Of a stretch of 64,000 nucleotides of DNA, positions 63,554 through 64,000 are shown piece by piece. The notes below the pieces were generated by a model that saw only the letters and a list, made by a program, of their open reading frames with translations, was not told the origin of the DNA and did no database searches. The DNA is taken from NCBI GenBank assembly GCA_951406725.2, contig OX597835.1:40424001-40488000 (forward strand), read 5' to 3'. Source of the stretch: Octopus vulgaris (Eukaryota). Numbering within the stretch: the first letter of the stretch is position 1; every line of letters begins with the position of its first letter. The translations under genes were made by a program, and so were the position numbers.

Positions 63554-64000
63554 CATACATACACACACACACACACATGTATGTGTTCCCCCAACATTGC
63601 TTGACAACTGGTGCTGGTGTATTTACATCCCCGTAACTTAGCGGTTTGGCAAAAGAGACCGATAGAATAAGTACTAGGCTTACTAAGAATAAGTCCTGGG
63701 GGTCGATTTGCTCGACTAAAGGCAGTGCTCCAGCATGGCCACAGTCAAACGACTGAAACAAGCAAAACAGTATATAGGTTATCGTTCCCACAGTGACTGG
63801 CTCTTCTCAATACATGTGACCAACCAGTTAAGACAATCTTTTGTACTTCTTGCAGGAATCATTCTCAAAAAATTTCCTTTTTTGGTCATTCCTATTGGTC
63901 CTGCAATCACTGATATTGAAATTGCCTTGAGATGCCACTGTTTTTTTTTGTTTTCTTTCATTGAACAAATCTTTATATTTTCTGAACTCATCAAATTTGC

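Overview
AT-rich, repeat-dense animal genomic DNA with spliceosomal introns, microsatellites and a 100-N assembly gap at 6176-6275. The SINE set resembles Octopus families, so a coleoid cephalopod is likely (inference). Two host genes lie on the + strand: the 3' part of NDC80 (exons 1499-18852, with a duplicated frameshifted exon) and the 5' part of UNG (PIP-box exon 43583-43657, ~19.3 kb intron, exon 62947-63147). Antisense inside the UNG intron is an intact intronless 128-aa ORF (48844-49230) resembling ParB/sulfiredoxin-fold domains of bacterial polymorphic toxins, with a tandem IRF-type motif upstream; this is the best candidate for an undescribed system. The rest is mobile DNA: three Merlin (IS1595-like) transposases, 8-bp-TSD MITEs carrying telomeric repeats, hAT, mariner, piggyBac MITE, Helitrons, Penelope-like remnants with hammerhead motifs, CR1/L2, Tx1/L1, CRE, RTE and R4/Dong LINE pieces, solo LTRs and many SINEs. 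All calls come from reading the sequence by eye; no searches were run, and repeat boundaries are approximate unless TSDs are cited.
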